A DNA stretch of 63,540 nucleotides, the filler included, from Reclinomonas americana ATCC 50394 (Eukaryota), in the NCBI GenBank assembly GCA_048213135.1. It is 9 parts of 3 records of this genome, joined end to end, with 100 filler letters (N's around TTAATTAATTAA, not from the genome) between each part and the next. Parts side by side here need not be neighbours in the genome. Positions count along the whole stretch, not along the records: positions 24,118 to 39,074 come from PS015129.1; 8 more parts are not named here. One strand, written 5' to 3'. Both the position numbers and the translations under genes were made by a program. The notes below the pieces were generated by a model. It searched no databases. It was not told the DNA's origin and saw nothing but the letters and a program-made list of their open reading frames with translations. Positions 24,856-36,900 of the stretch are shown one piece after another (the first letter of the stretch is position 1; the number at the start of each line of letters is the position of its first letter).

Positions 24856-27178
24856 ATGCGCGCCATCCTCGTGCTCCTCGCGGCTCTTGTCGCCACTCTG
24901 TGCCTGGCCACACTGGCCACCTCTGCGCTCTCCGCCGACCAGCGCCGCCGCAATGTGTACAGCGGACCCATGATTACTCCGCTCACCGACGACGAGTACA
25001 CTCTGCTGTGGAACGCCTGGAAGAAGCAGGTAAGAGAGAGAGAGAGACAGGAGGAAGCATGCAAGCAGGAGAAGAAGAGTAGAGACAGGGAGTCATGATC
25101 GATATGTATGAGCTGACTTGGTGTCTTCTTCTCCTCTGTCTCTCTCTCTCCCTTGCTCTCTGTGTGCGTGTGCGGGATTGACGCAGCACACTCGCGCGTA
25201 CGAGACCAGCGCGGAGGAACAGTTCCGCTTCGGAGTGTTCCGCGGCACTGTCGATCACAGTTGCGTTCTTCTCGCACACACACTCACGTAGAGACGACAT
25301 AGAGCACAAAGAGACTCACTCACTCTTGCGCGCTCTGTGCGTGCAGTCCGCCAGCGCAACTCGGAGAACCGCAGGTTTGTGTTTGTGCTTGTGTGTTTGT
25401 GTGATTGTGCACCATGTCACGCGCGCTCACTGACTCACTGCGCTCACAGCTACCGCCTGGCGTGAGTGGACCTCTGTTGTTCTTTGTTGTGTGTGTCTCT
25501 GTCTTGTGTCACTTGCTCACTTCTCTGCGGCCAGCCTGAACAAGTTCTCCGACTTGACGCACGGTGAGTGCAGCTCGTTGTCTGATTTTCTCCGCCTTGG
25601 TTGTATCATTGCATTGACACCGACGACAATCCATGTCCGTGCATGCGCAGAGGAGTTCAAGGTGACTTGTGTGCTGCAGATTGATGCCCTGCATGATTTA
25701 CTCTTCTATCTGACGCTGTCTTCTGCTCGTGCAGGCGTTTGTCGGCCGCTTCAAGCGCCACATGGAGCCGTCGCAGGATGTGCACAGCGTGTCGGGCGCT
25801 GCGCCGCTCAAGTGGGACTGGCGCCAGCACGGTGCCGTCACGGGCGTCAAGGATCAGGGACAGTGCGGCAGCTGGTGCGTGGAGAGGAATGGAGAGGGAG
25901 ACTGATGGGAGGAAGGAAAACAAAGTTGATCACTCTTGTTACGCAGCTGGGCGTTCTCGGCCGTCGGCTCGATTGAGGGCGCGCACTTCAACAAGACCGG
26001 CACTCTGCTCTCTCTCAGCGAGCAGCAGGTGTGTGTAGGTGGTGGAAGCGAGAGTGGCCACCTTCTTACTCACTGCGTGCACAGATTGTCGACTGCGACA
26101 AGCGCTCTGGCGACGAGGGCTGCAACGGCGGCGAGATGGTGAGTGGCAACAGTGTTGATGATTTGGGATTGGCAGCACTCAGTAATGGCTGTGTGCAGGA
26201 CTCGGCCTTCATGTACGTCAACCAGACCGGTGGCCTCATGTTGGAGAAGGACTACAAGTACTACGCGTTGCGTATTTTGTGATGGCTCCGCAGTCATCGG
26301 CCAGTGGGCATGCCCTCACTGCTGATGCACAGTGTGGACGGCAAGTGCAAGTTCGATGCTGCGAAGGTTGCCGCCAAAGTTTGTGAGTACGAGTACACAC
26401 TCTCTGCTGTTCTTGGCGTTGCATGATGTTCACATTCGGTTTTACTCGCCTAAGCTGGCTACATTGATGTGAACCACGGCGACACTGCCGCCACCGACAC
26501 TGAGTTGGTGGACGCCATTTACACGGTGTGTAATTGCAGTGCATCATGCTTGTAATGACACGGAAGAACTGACGGAGTGCTTGTCTTGCTTGCGTATCTT
26601 AACCAGAACCCTGGTGAGTTTGCACTCATCTGTCCTCATCATGTGTTGCCACGTGCTCACTGTGCCTGCGCTAGTGTCGGTGGCCATCTACGCTGCTGGC
26701 GACGACTTCCAGTCGTACGAGAATGGAGTCTTCGACTCGCCCGAGTGCATGGACATCAAGCCGGACGACCTCGACCACGGTGTGTGATCTGATCATGATA
26801 CTGTTCCATCTCCCCCTCCACTCTTGCCACCACTGACCCTCTGCTGTGCAGGTGTGCTGGCCGTCGGCTACACGTACTCTGGCAAGACCAACCAGGATCT
26901 GGTGTACTACGTGAAGAACTCGTGGGGCGAGGACTGGGGCGATGATGTGCGTGTGCTTTTCCCTACTTCGTTTGACCAAAGTGCCGGTGTCTCACGTTGC
27001 CATTTTGCTGTGCCATCTAGGGCTACATCACCTTCCTCGGTGGCGCCGACCGCAAGGGCCGCGCGTACAACACCTGCGGCATTCTGTGGAGTTGCGCCTC
27101 TCTTGTGCTGATCTCGTTGTGTTGGACTCTGCTCACACACCTCGCACAGCTCCGTCCTACGCCATCGCCTCTGGGTAA
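24856..27178 (+). CDS. Cathepsin L-like cysteine protease (C1A, signal peptide plus I29 propeptide), 17 exons
   Basis: Signal peptide [72 protein letters not shown] and [10 protein letters not shown]. Confidence 0.95.
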
Positions 27179-27447
27179 ACAATGTGGCGTGGAATCAGAT
27201 GGCCTCGACAATGTCGCCCTGCGATTCCGTTTCTGTGTTTTTCTATGGAACCCCCCCTTGTCTCCCTCTTGTCAGTGAACTGAGATGGGATGAGATGCTC
27301 TGCAAACACACACATTTTGTTCTCTACAGACTCATTCTCCATCCGATTGTCCTCCCACTCACTCGCTTCCCCTGTACTCCGTACATCAGCGCTTGCCCAC
27401 ATCAACGGCAGCGCGATCCATTGCCTCCCTCCTCCCTCCTTTCTCCC

Positions 27448-28621
27448 TCACTGATTGACGAATCGCTTGAATGCCCTGCGCATCCTGTGGATGAACAGAC
27501 CAATGTCGTTGGTCTCGTTCACCTGGCGCAGCAACTCAGGGACTTCTGGTACGGCCGGGTGGCACTCGTCGACTGCCGCCATGGTGAGAACGAGACGTAG
27601 AAGAACACCACAGGTGTGCGCGTGCTCACCGACATATTTGCGCTCCGCATTGAGGAACAACATAAACATGAACCGCCGGTCTGGTGCGTTCCGATCGATG
27701 AGCGTAAAGACGACCTGGAGGCGGTGGTCGGCCAGTCGGATCATCCGCAGACCGAATCGCGACTCAAAGTACTCCATGTCCAGTGTCTGTTGCTGCTTCT
27801 CCTCCTCGCGCTTCTCCATTTCTCGCGAGACCTCTGCGGTCGAGTGGTGTGAGTAGGAGGAGAGTAGACAGTGGGTGTGGGGAGGTGAAGCACTGAGCGC
27901 AACTCTGGCGCTTGGCCTCCAGCTTGCGCTTCTCCTCCGCCACCTTCTCGAACAGCGCCAAAGCCTCCGCCTCCTCCTTGCGAGCTTGTGCCTGCAACTG
28001 CGCGAGCTCGTTGCGCTCCTTCTCGTCGGACTTGGTCCGCTTGCCAATGTCTGGTGTGTGACAGGTGATGAGCGAAGAGACACACAAAGAGTGGTAGTCA
28101 AGTGATGAACCTGCGTCCAGTCGCTGGCACCGGACGGTCAGTTCGCGTTCCAGAGATGCCAGTTGCTGCGGGGGAACGGTGATGAGAAGAGGTAGGAGAA
28201 TGGTGAGATGAGCAAGGGTGGCCAACCTTCATGACCTCGCTCGTGTCCTTCAGCTTGTCGTAGTGGACCTGTTGTCACACATGCGCAGTGAGCTCAAGCG
28301 CGAGGGAGAGGATGACAAGCTGTTGAGTTGGCTTACCTTTTGCGCACAGGAGATGTTCTGTGATGGCAAACGACGATAGAAGGGTCAGCGGCAAGCGGAA
28401 GGAGAGAGAGCAACAAGGAGACGGATGACACGAACTCGCGTACGACACTGTCTCTCTCCCCCACACATCCTCTCTGTTACACACTCACTTTCTCTCTCTC
28501 ACTTTCGTCCCTCGCTCCTCACCTTCTTCTCCTCCGCAATCCAAGTGTCAAACGTCGACCGCACAGCTGCGCTGTGTGCCTCCCACTCCGCAATCGCCGA
28601 CGCCAATTGAGCAGCAGCCAT
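27448..28621 (-). CDS. SPC25: Kinetochore protein SPC25 (NDC80 complex)
   Basis: Coiled-coil N-terminus, then the RWD-type region FESRFGLRMIRLADHRLQVVFTLID...ECHPAVPEVPELLRQVNETNDIGLFIHRMRRAFK. Confidence 0.88.
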
Positions 28622-28720
28622 TTTCTCTTCCACAGACTCGAAAACACTGAGTGACCGTTACGCGGAAAGGACAAATCACTCGAGCTCGCGCCCAACTTCA
28701 CTCCACAGACGCAGCCAAGC
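28622..28720. promoter_or_regulatory. Putative compact bidirectional promoter between SPC25 and the WD40 gene
   Basis: Only about 99 nt separate the two divergent predicted start codons. Confidence 0.45.
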
Positions 28721-30512
28721 ATGGTTTGTGTGGACACATGCCCACTCGTGTGTGTGAGAGAGTGTGTGTGAGTGGAGTGAGAGAGAGAGAGTGGACTGCT
28801 GATTTTCCCTCATGCATGTGTCACACTCTATTTCCGTCATGCAGGGCCAGTCCACATCATCGGCCAACAGCGTCGACTCGATATCGTACCCGCGACCAGC
28901 CATTAGCATCCATTCCATTCACCGACATGGCGTCACTGTGACACCACTGACACGCGGTCCAACGACCTCGCTCTTCCCGCCGGCATCGCCCGTCACCGCC
29001 CTGCATTTGCACATGTGCACCAGTGCGGGTGTTTCTCCGATGCGTGCCGCGGAGAGTGGTAGTGGTAGTGGCAGCGGCGCAGGTGGAGAGGGAGCAGTGT
29101 CGGCTGCGCGTCCACTGGTGGTGCTGGTGGCGGGGTGTTTGGATGGGAGTGTGCGGCTGTTAGAGACGCGATATGTGCCGACGCCGGTCGATCAGCCGGC
29201 GCAGGCGGGCTACCAGGAGCCGCACTATGAGGTGCGGCAAGTGATGAATGTGGCGCGGAGAAGCGTGTCGAGCTTTGCGGCGCATCCGGAGCGCACCGAG
29301 GTGATCTATGTTGGTGAGTTCTTGTTGAGAGTGCGCTGGTTTGTGTCTCTTCCTCCTTCATGACTGTGTTCTCGTGAAGGCTCGTTCGATGGCACGGTGG
29401 CAGTGGTCAACGCAAACACCGGCAAGATCATGCAGCCGGCGACCATGGTGTTTGAGTCCTCGGTGTTCACAGTGGTGCGTCAGCGTTTCGCAAAGCATTC
29501 ACCACGCTTTCCCTCTCTCAATTCTCGTGTTTACACAGTCTGCGTCCTCCACGTGCCTGGCGGTGGGCGGTCTCGACAACTTCATTCGCATTGTGCACAT
29601 TCGCGACGACCCCGAGCACAACTACTGCCTCGGTGCCGTGGTCAGCGTGCTCAAGGGCCACACTGATGTGATCTTCACGCTGGCGTTCCATCCAGCCAAC
29701 AACGATCTGCTGGCCTCCGGAAGCGACGACGGCACAGTGCGCTTGTGGAACGTGCAGAATGACACGGAGACGGCACAGACGTTGCTCGGCGGTGAAATTC
29801 AGAGTGTGCGCTGGTGCGGCGCCACGGCCAAACATCTGGCCGTGTGCTCCTTCAAACCAAATCTCGTGTCGGTGCTGGACTCGGAGGCGCTCGCGACGGT
29901 GCCGCCGCGTCGTGGCGAAGACGATTTCCAGCATTCGAAGGGAGTGAAGCAGTTGGCTGTCGTCGGCAGTGGAGGGCGGTGCGTCGCGATCGCTTTGCCA
30001 TTGCTGCCTTGCTCCTGTGCTGACCTTGTCCCTTCTCTCGTCACTCACAGCTCTGTGCTGAGCGCTTCGCACGATGGGAGCTGCCGGTTGTGGGATTCGC
30101 GGACTGCCACCTTCCAGGGATTCGTATCTCGTGGCGACTGTGAGGTGGTGGCGGTTGCTTCGACGGACGACGGCACGCTGGCAGTGACCGCCGACAGTCG
30201 CGGCGGTGTGTGCATGTATCGAGTCGACGATGTCGGTGAGTCACCGCCCTGTGTGCGCGATCACATGTCTCCTGCTTCCATCTCACCCACTTCGCCACCA
30301 CAGCGACGCTTCTCTTTGACGAGTTGGAGGCCATTGCAACGTGCTCTGAGGTGCTGCAAGAGGCCGATGTCGATCCCGACTCCCTGGTGAGCATCGTCAT
30401 GCGCAGCATGTTGTGGGACGATGCCGACCTGCGACGCAAGGCGGAAATGTTTCGCTTGCAGTCAGACCACGGAGAACAGTGGGCCTCTCGCGCCCCTAAT
30501 GGTGCGTGGTAA
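28721..30512 (+). CDS. WD40-repeat protein with predicted N-myristoylation site (MGQSTS)
   Basis: WD repeats LKGHTDVIFTLAFHPANNDLLASGSDDGTVRLWN and VLSASHDGSCRLWD. Predicted first coding exon is ATG alone (28721-28723), then intron 28724-28844. Confidence 0.8.
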
Positions 30513-30878
30513 TGAACGAATGCAGACACAGCCAGTCGCAAATCACGCAGTCACCATTCATTTCACTGAAAGAAAACGACCACGCAAACACCAAACCAAA
30601 CCATTGTTTTCCGTTGTTTTTTTCGACTACACCGCGCGCGGCAAGACGCACGCCCTCCTTAAACAAGTTGATAGATAGATAGATGCTCAAACACAGACAG
30701 AGAAAGAGAGGTAGAGAGTGAGAGAGACGGGCGGCAGCACTCGGGACTTTCACACGCGACCCCAACTGTGCGCTCTACCCATCAGCTCACACCTCACCAC
30801 GAAACACAATAGGAAGAAGAAACTAGAGAAGCACGCCCACGAGAGAAAGTTGGGCCACCAGCATGCATCATACTCAAA

Positions 30879-33310
30879 TTACGGCGCAGCACCTTCGGGC
30901 AGCTGCTGCTGCTGTTGTGCGCCAAGATGCCGAACGTCCTGCTTACATACGGGGCATTCGGGCTTGCGCAAGAACCACTCGTCGATGCAAGCGGTGTGGA
31001 ACATGTGGATGCACGGGAGCATGCGCACTTGGTCTTTTGACAGGTATGGCTCCAGGCAAATGGGGCACCTGTGTGTTACGGGAAAGTAAGGAAAAACGAA
31101 TTTGCAGTTGGACTCAGACATGATGGTGCGGATTACGCAACTCTCGACGATCGGCGTCCAGGTGCTCCACATCTTCCAGCTCAAAAGTGGCCGTGTAATT
31201 GTCGGCCAAAGAGCGTGCGTTGGCAGCTGCAACGCGCTGCACGAGAGAGGGGTTAGCAACCATGCAGAGAGAGACAGATGGCATGAATCTTGCTGCTCTC
31301 TGCCACTCACCGGATCCGCTTGCTGCATCATTTGCATCTGGTGCAAAAAGAATCTCCTCATTACATCGGAATAGTCCACTTGCTGAGGTGCACCGTGATA
31401 GCGGTAGTGTTGCACAAACGGAGCTCCAGCAATGCCCACGTACGGCTGTCCAGGCACCGCCGGCTGTACTCCTGCAATCCCCGCATAGGGTTGCGCAGGC
31501 GCCGCTTGCGGCACATGTTGTTGTTGTTGTTGCTGATGCTGGTACTGCTGCGGCTGCAACGGCACCGGATGATAGTACGGCAATTGGTGCGCCGCCAAAT
31601 GTTGCTGGTGGTACGGAGCAGCGACTGCTGCCGCATTCTGTGCATAAACGGCGGCATAGGCCTCGGGCGCGGGTGGCTCCCACTGCGTTGTGTGCGTGTT
31701 GTGGTCGACGTAGTATACTCTGCGCGGTGGATGCAGGTAAGCGATGAGAGGGAGGGAGGGAGGGAGAAAGAGGGCGGCGGAATGTGACAAACCTGCCGTG
31801 CGGATCGTACGCTTGTGTCCAACCGGGTGGCAACTGCAGCACCGGCGCCGAAACCACTTGCTGCACCTCGATTACAGACGCTGGTGATACTGGCGGAGGT
31901 CGTTGTTGCAGCTGCGGCTGTGGCTGCTGGTGATATTGTTGTTGTGGTGGTGCCTGGCGGCTCTGCGAGCGCTGTTGGACGTGTGCGTGCCGGTGTTGTT
32001 GTGCCACGGCGGGTACCGGGTGTGGAGAGGCGGCCAGGAATGAGCCAGGACCGCCAGGTGACCGACCAGAGTTTGAACCGTGAATGATGCCACCCGAGAC
32101 AATGGCCGGGGGCGCGGCGGCGGTTGGTCTGGAGGGGGAGGAAAAGGGAGAGATGTGAGAAACAAGCGAGATCCTCCGAGATGCGAGCGGGAGAACATTG
32201 CGCGTGGAAAGAGGAGGTGTAGTGGTGGTGCGCGTGCAAGCTGGTGGGGGTGCCGTTGGCACGCACGAGAGAAACAGAGGGTCACGACAAACTACTGCCG
32301 CAAACTGATACGGCAGCCCGCATGAAACACGGCAAATATGAGATGCAACAGGAATGCACGACGAGAGGGAATCAACGACCAGAATCACTGCCGTCTGATA
32401 CACAAGCCGCAGAGAGGAGAGAGAGGGGAAGAGAGAGGGGGGGAGGGGGCTAGAGAAGAGAGAGCGACACGCGGAACGAATGAAACTGGACAATTGTGGA
32501 CGACGAGTGGCGTCGCGAAGCTCAGCGAGAAATGTGCAAAAACGCTTCTGTGCACGTGCTGCGATGACAAGTGGCTACAGAACACTGCGCTCGAACAGCA
32601 ACAGCATACACAGCTCGCGGAACGACGAGAACCGGAAAGGAACACGCACAAAACGAAACGGCGGTACGGACAACAAAACACACAGCAACACCTGACAGAC
32701 AAACAGACACAGACACGCACATGCGCGCGTACATAGAGCGTGGAGTGGGAAGAAAGAACGAAAGAGAAAGAGAGAGGGAGAGAGACGTGCATCGAGACAG
32801 CGAGTGCGAGAAATACAAGGCGCAGACACAGCTGTTCCTTCCTCTCTCTCTCCCAATCTTATTTCCAACTCTCCCTCTCACAGACACACTCATAAACAAA
32901 AGCGCGACACAGCACGACGACGGGACACGCACACGCACAGACACTCCGAGCAATGTTCACATTACACCCCCGACACGTCATCCATTTGCTCTCACTCACC
33001 TCTGCTCCTGCCTCCGTCGCCCCCCAGAAAAGCAACACTGCCGTCTCCTCTCCTCTCCTCCTGTTGCTTGCCCTCCTCCTCCACTGCTGCTGCTGACGAG
33101 CGACGAGAGCGAGTCTCGCGCGGCCGCAGACGACGCACACACTGCTCGCGCTGTTGACTGCGGTTGCTGTGGCGGTTGTTGTTGTTGTTGTTGTACAACG
33201 GGAAGGTCCCAATGCGTAGTCTGTGTGTTGTGATCGACATAGTATGGCAATCCGGTGCCCTCTTGCACGCGCTCTTCCCATCCCTCTGGCAGTTGTTGCG
33301 GTCGACTCAT
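30879..33310 (-). CDS. Two-WW-domain, Q/P-rich protein with C-terminal RING-H2 finger (putative E3 ligase)
   Basis: WW1 LPEGWEERVQEGTGLPYYVDHNTQTTHWDLP. WW2 LPPGWTQAYDPHGR/VYYVDHNTHTTQWEPP. RING-H2 CPICLEPY...LPCIHMFHTACIDEWFLRKPECPVCK. Confidence 0.88.
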
Positions 33311-33933
33311 TTGCTCATTGATTCACTCCACATGCACACACCCAGCGGCTAATATGATTATGTGGATAGCGTTTGGTGTGCGAGAGGTGCGCGTGCGCGT
33401 GTGAGAGAAGTGATCGCGAGTGAATGTGAGGACTTTACGCGTGAAATTTCGCGTGTCTGCGACTCCGGACTCGAGCTTTTTCCTGAAGTTTGCATTTTGC
33501 TTTCCGCCCTTGCCACTTGCAAAAGGAATGCGTCGCTGTGGTGCCGATCGTATCGCAGCGAAAAGTACGCGCGTCCGACGTTTGAATTCGAGCTTGCATC
33601 GGAGCGCAGCGACGTCGAGCCCGCGGCGGCCACTCGCTGGGCTGTGCTCAGTGAGGATTCTGTACATGGAGTTCGTTTCTCGGATGTTGCTGTGCGTGCG
33701 CGAATCCGGAGGGGATCCGTTCCGCGGAGAGACAGCGGAGGTTTCGGCTCGACGTACGCGTCGCGATCGACGTCAATGCATTCTTCCGATCGCACGGCAG
33801 CGAGTTGTGCGCTGCCACGGTCCCCAGTGTAACGACCGCGCATGTGCAGAAGACGCGCACGGAGCTGAGGACACGGGAAAGCACGCGCGAGACACGAATT
33901 CGAGCAATTCGAGGCTGCGGGACACGATTGCGA

Positions 33934-36900
33934 ATGAACCTGGTGAGCGCTCGTTGCTTGACACGTGTGCGCGTTTACAGTTTGCGATTGCTGAGTGCGT
34001 TGTTTGTTTTGCGCGCAGCCCATCTTTGACGGTGAGTATCGGTACGCGGAGAGTGTGCAAGAGACGGAGCACTATGAGTACTTGGCGGATCTGTACTCGT
34101 TGGTGATTGCGATTGAGGCGCTGGAGAAGGCGTTTGTGAGGGATGCGGTCAGGGCGGAGGAGTTGCGGAGGCGGGGAAGGGAGGGGAAGAGGGGAAGGGG
34201 GAAGGGAGAAGGGGACAGGAAGGGAAGAGAAGAGAAGAGAAGAGAAGAGAANNNNNNNNNNNNNNNNNNNNNNNNNNNNNNNNNNNNNNNNNNNNNNNNN
34301 NNNNNNNNNNNNNNNNNNNNNNNNNNNNNNNNNNNNNNNNNNNNNNNNNNNNNNNNNNNNNNNNNNNNNNNNNNNNNNNNNNNNNNNNNNNNNNNNNNNN
34401 NNNNNNNNNNNNNNNNNNNNNNNNNNNNNNNNNNNNNNNNNNNNNNNNNNNNNNNNNNNNNNNNNNNNNNNNNNNNNNNNNNNNNNNNNNNNNNNNNNNN
34501 NNNNNNNNNNNNNNNNNNNNNNNNNNNNNNNNNNNNNNNNNNNNNNNNNNNNNNNNNNNNNNNNNNNNNNNNNNNNNNNNNNNNNNNNNNNNNNNNNNNN
34601 NNNNNNNNNNNNNNNNNNNNNNNNNNNNNNNNNNNNNNNNNNNNNNNNNNNNNNNNNNNNNNNNNNNNNNNNNNNNNNNNNNNNNNNNNNNNNNNNNNNN
34701 NNNNNNNNNNNNNNNNNNNNNNNNNNNNNNNNNNNNNNNNNNNNNNNNNNNNNNNNNNNNNNNNNNNNNNNNNNNNNNNNNNNNNNNNNNNNNNNNNNNN
34801 NNNNNNNNNNNNNNNNNNNNNNNNNNNNNNNNNNNNNNNNNNNNNNNNNNNNNNNNNNNNNNNNNNNNNNNNNNNNNNNNNNNNNNNNNNNNNNNNNNNN
34901 NNNNNNNNNNNNNNNNNNNNNNNNNNNNNNNNNNNNNNNNNNNNNNNNNNNNNNNNNNNNNNNNNNNNNNNNNNNNNNNNNNNNNNNNNNNNNNNNNNNN
35001 NNNNNNNNNNNNNNNNNNNNNNNNNNNNNNNNNNNNNNNNNNNNNNNNNNNNNNNNNNNNNNNNNNNNNNNNNNNNNNNNNNNNNNNNNNNNNNNNNNNN
35101 NNNNNNNNNNNNNNNNNNNNNNNNNNNNNNNNNNNNNNNNNNNNNNNNAAGAGAGAGAGAGAGAGAGAGAGAGCTCTCAGCTGATGAGAGGGAGCACTGT
35201 TCCACAAGAATTATGAGAGCGAATGAGTGTCAGAGAGATTGAGAAAGCTCATTGAGTGTATTGTCAAACGGGTGATTGAACGTGGCGTGGAACTCTGCTC
35301 GTGAATGCGCGTGGTGTCTCCGCTCTGGCTAAAGAGTAGAAACACGCACAGTTAGAGAAAGAGCAACAGCTTCGTCTCTCCAAGTGGAGCACAGAGAGGA
35401 AAGCTCACTGTGTTGTCAAACGGGTGATTGTAGCACAGCGGCAGAGGCAGAGAACTTGGTGTAACTCTGCACATGATTACTGCGTGTGTTGTAGAACCAG
35501 GCACTGACAGAGATTGAACGAGAGAGACCTCCATCGTTGAATGAGAGAGAGGGAGAGAGAGCTCTGTACCCTGCAAAACAAGGTGAAAGCGAGAGAGAAA
35601 TAGAGATGCCGACAGTCGGAGCGTTTGGGTGAAGCAAGACGGACTGAAAGAGCTTTGTATGTCGCCGTGCAAAGTCTGACAGAAAGAGAAAGAGAGCGAG
35701 ATACACACTCACTCACACGCACAAGAGAGAGAGAGCGAGAAAGAAGGAGATGAAAGAAGGAGAAAGAAAGAGGGACGGTGAGAAAGCAACTCGTATGTGG
35801 AGTGGTAGAGTGAGCTTCGTGTTTTCTGGGAAGCGAAGGATGGTAAGACTGCATGGGAATGAGAGAGAAGAAGCTGCGAGAGATTGCGTGTGCGCGCGGC
35901 GATCGNNNNNNNNNNNNNNNNNNNNNNNNNNNNNNNNNNNNNNNNNNNNNNNNNNNNNNNNNNNNNNNNNNNNNNNNNNNNNNNNNNNNNNNNNNNNNNN
36001 NNNNNNNNNNNNNNNNNNNNNNNNNNNNNNNNNNNNNNNNNNNNNNNNNNNNNNNNNNNNNNNNNNNNNNNNNNNNNNNNNNNNNNNNNNNNNNNNNNNN
36101 NNNNNNNNNNNNNNNNNNNNNNNNNNNNNNNNNNNNNNNNNNNNNNNNNNNNNNNNNNNNNNNNNNNNNNNNNNNNNNNNNNNNNNNNNNNNNNNNNNNN
36201 NNNNNNNNNNNNNNNNNNNNNNNNNNNNNNNNNNNNNNNNNNNNNNNNNNNNNNNNNNNNNNNNNNNNNNNNNNNNNNNNNNNNNNNNNNNNNNNNNNNN
36301 NNNNNNNNNNNNNNNNNNNNNNNNNNNNNNNNNNNNNNNNNNNNNNNNNNNNNNNNNNNNNNNNNNNNNNNNNNNNNNNNNNNNNNNNNNNNNNNNNNNN
36401 NNNNNNNNNNNNNNNNNNNNNNNNNNNNNNNNNNNNNNNNNNNNNNNNNNNNNNNNNNNNNNNNNNNNNNNNNNNNNNNNNNNNNNNNNNNNNNNNNNNN
36501 NNNNNNNNNNNNNNNNNNNNNNNNNNNNNNNNNNNNNNNNNNNNNNNNNNNNNNNNNNNNNNNNNNNNNNNNNNNNNNNNNNNNNNNNNNNNNNNNNNNN
36601 NNNNNNNNNNNNNNNNNNNNNNNNNNNNNNNNNNNNNNNNNNNNNNNNNNNNNNNNNNNNNNNNNNNNNNNNNNNNNNNNNNNNNNNNNNNNNNNNNNNN
36701 NNNNNNNNNNNNNNNNNNNNNNNNNNNNNNNNNNNNNNNNNNNNNNNNNNNNNNNNNNNNNNNNNNNNNNNNNNNNNNNNNNNNNNNNNNNNNNNNNNNN
36801 NNNNNNNNNNNNNNTTTCGGCCACGGCGCGCGCCTGTGCCTGCACCGTGGCGGCGACAGCTGCCGAGGCGTGCTCGATGGTGGCCGGGATGCCACTGGCG

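Noticed and set aside
35149-35905. Gap-bounded fragment with a short duplication (TTGTCAAACGGGTGATTG twice)
   Set aside because: No coding signal; probably part of a VPS28 intron of uncertain orientation.
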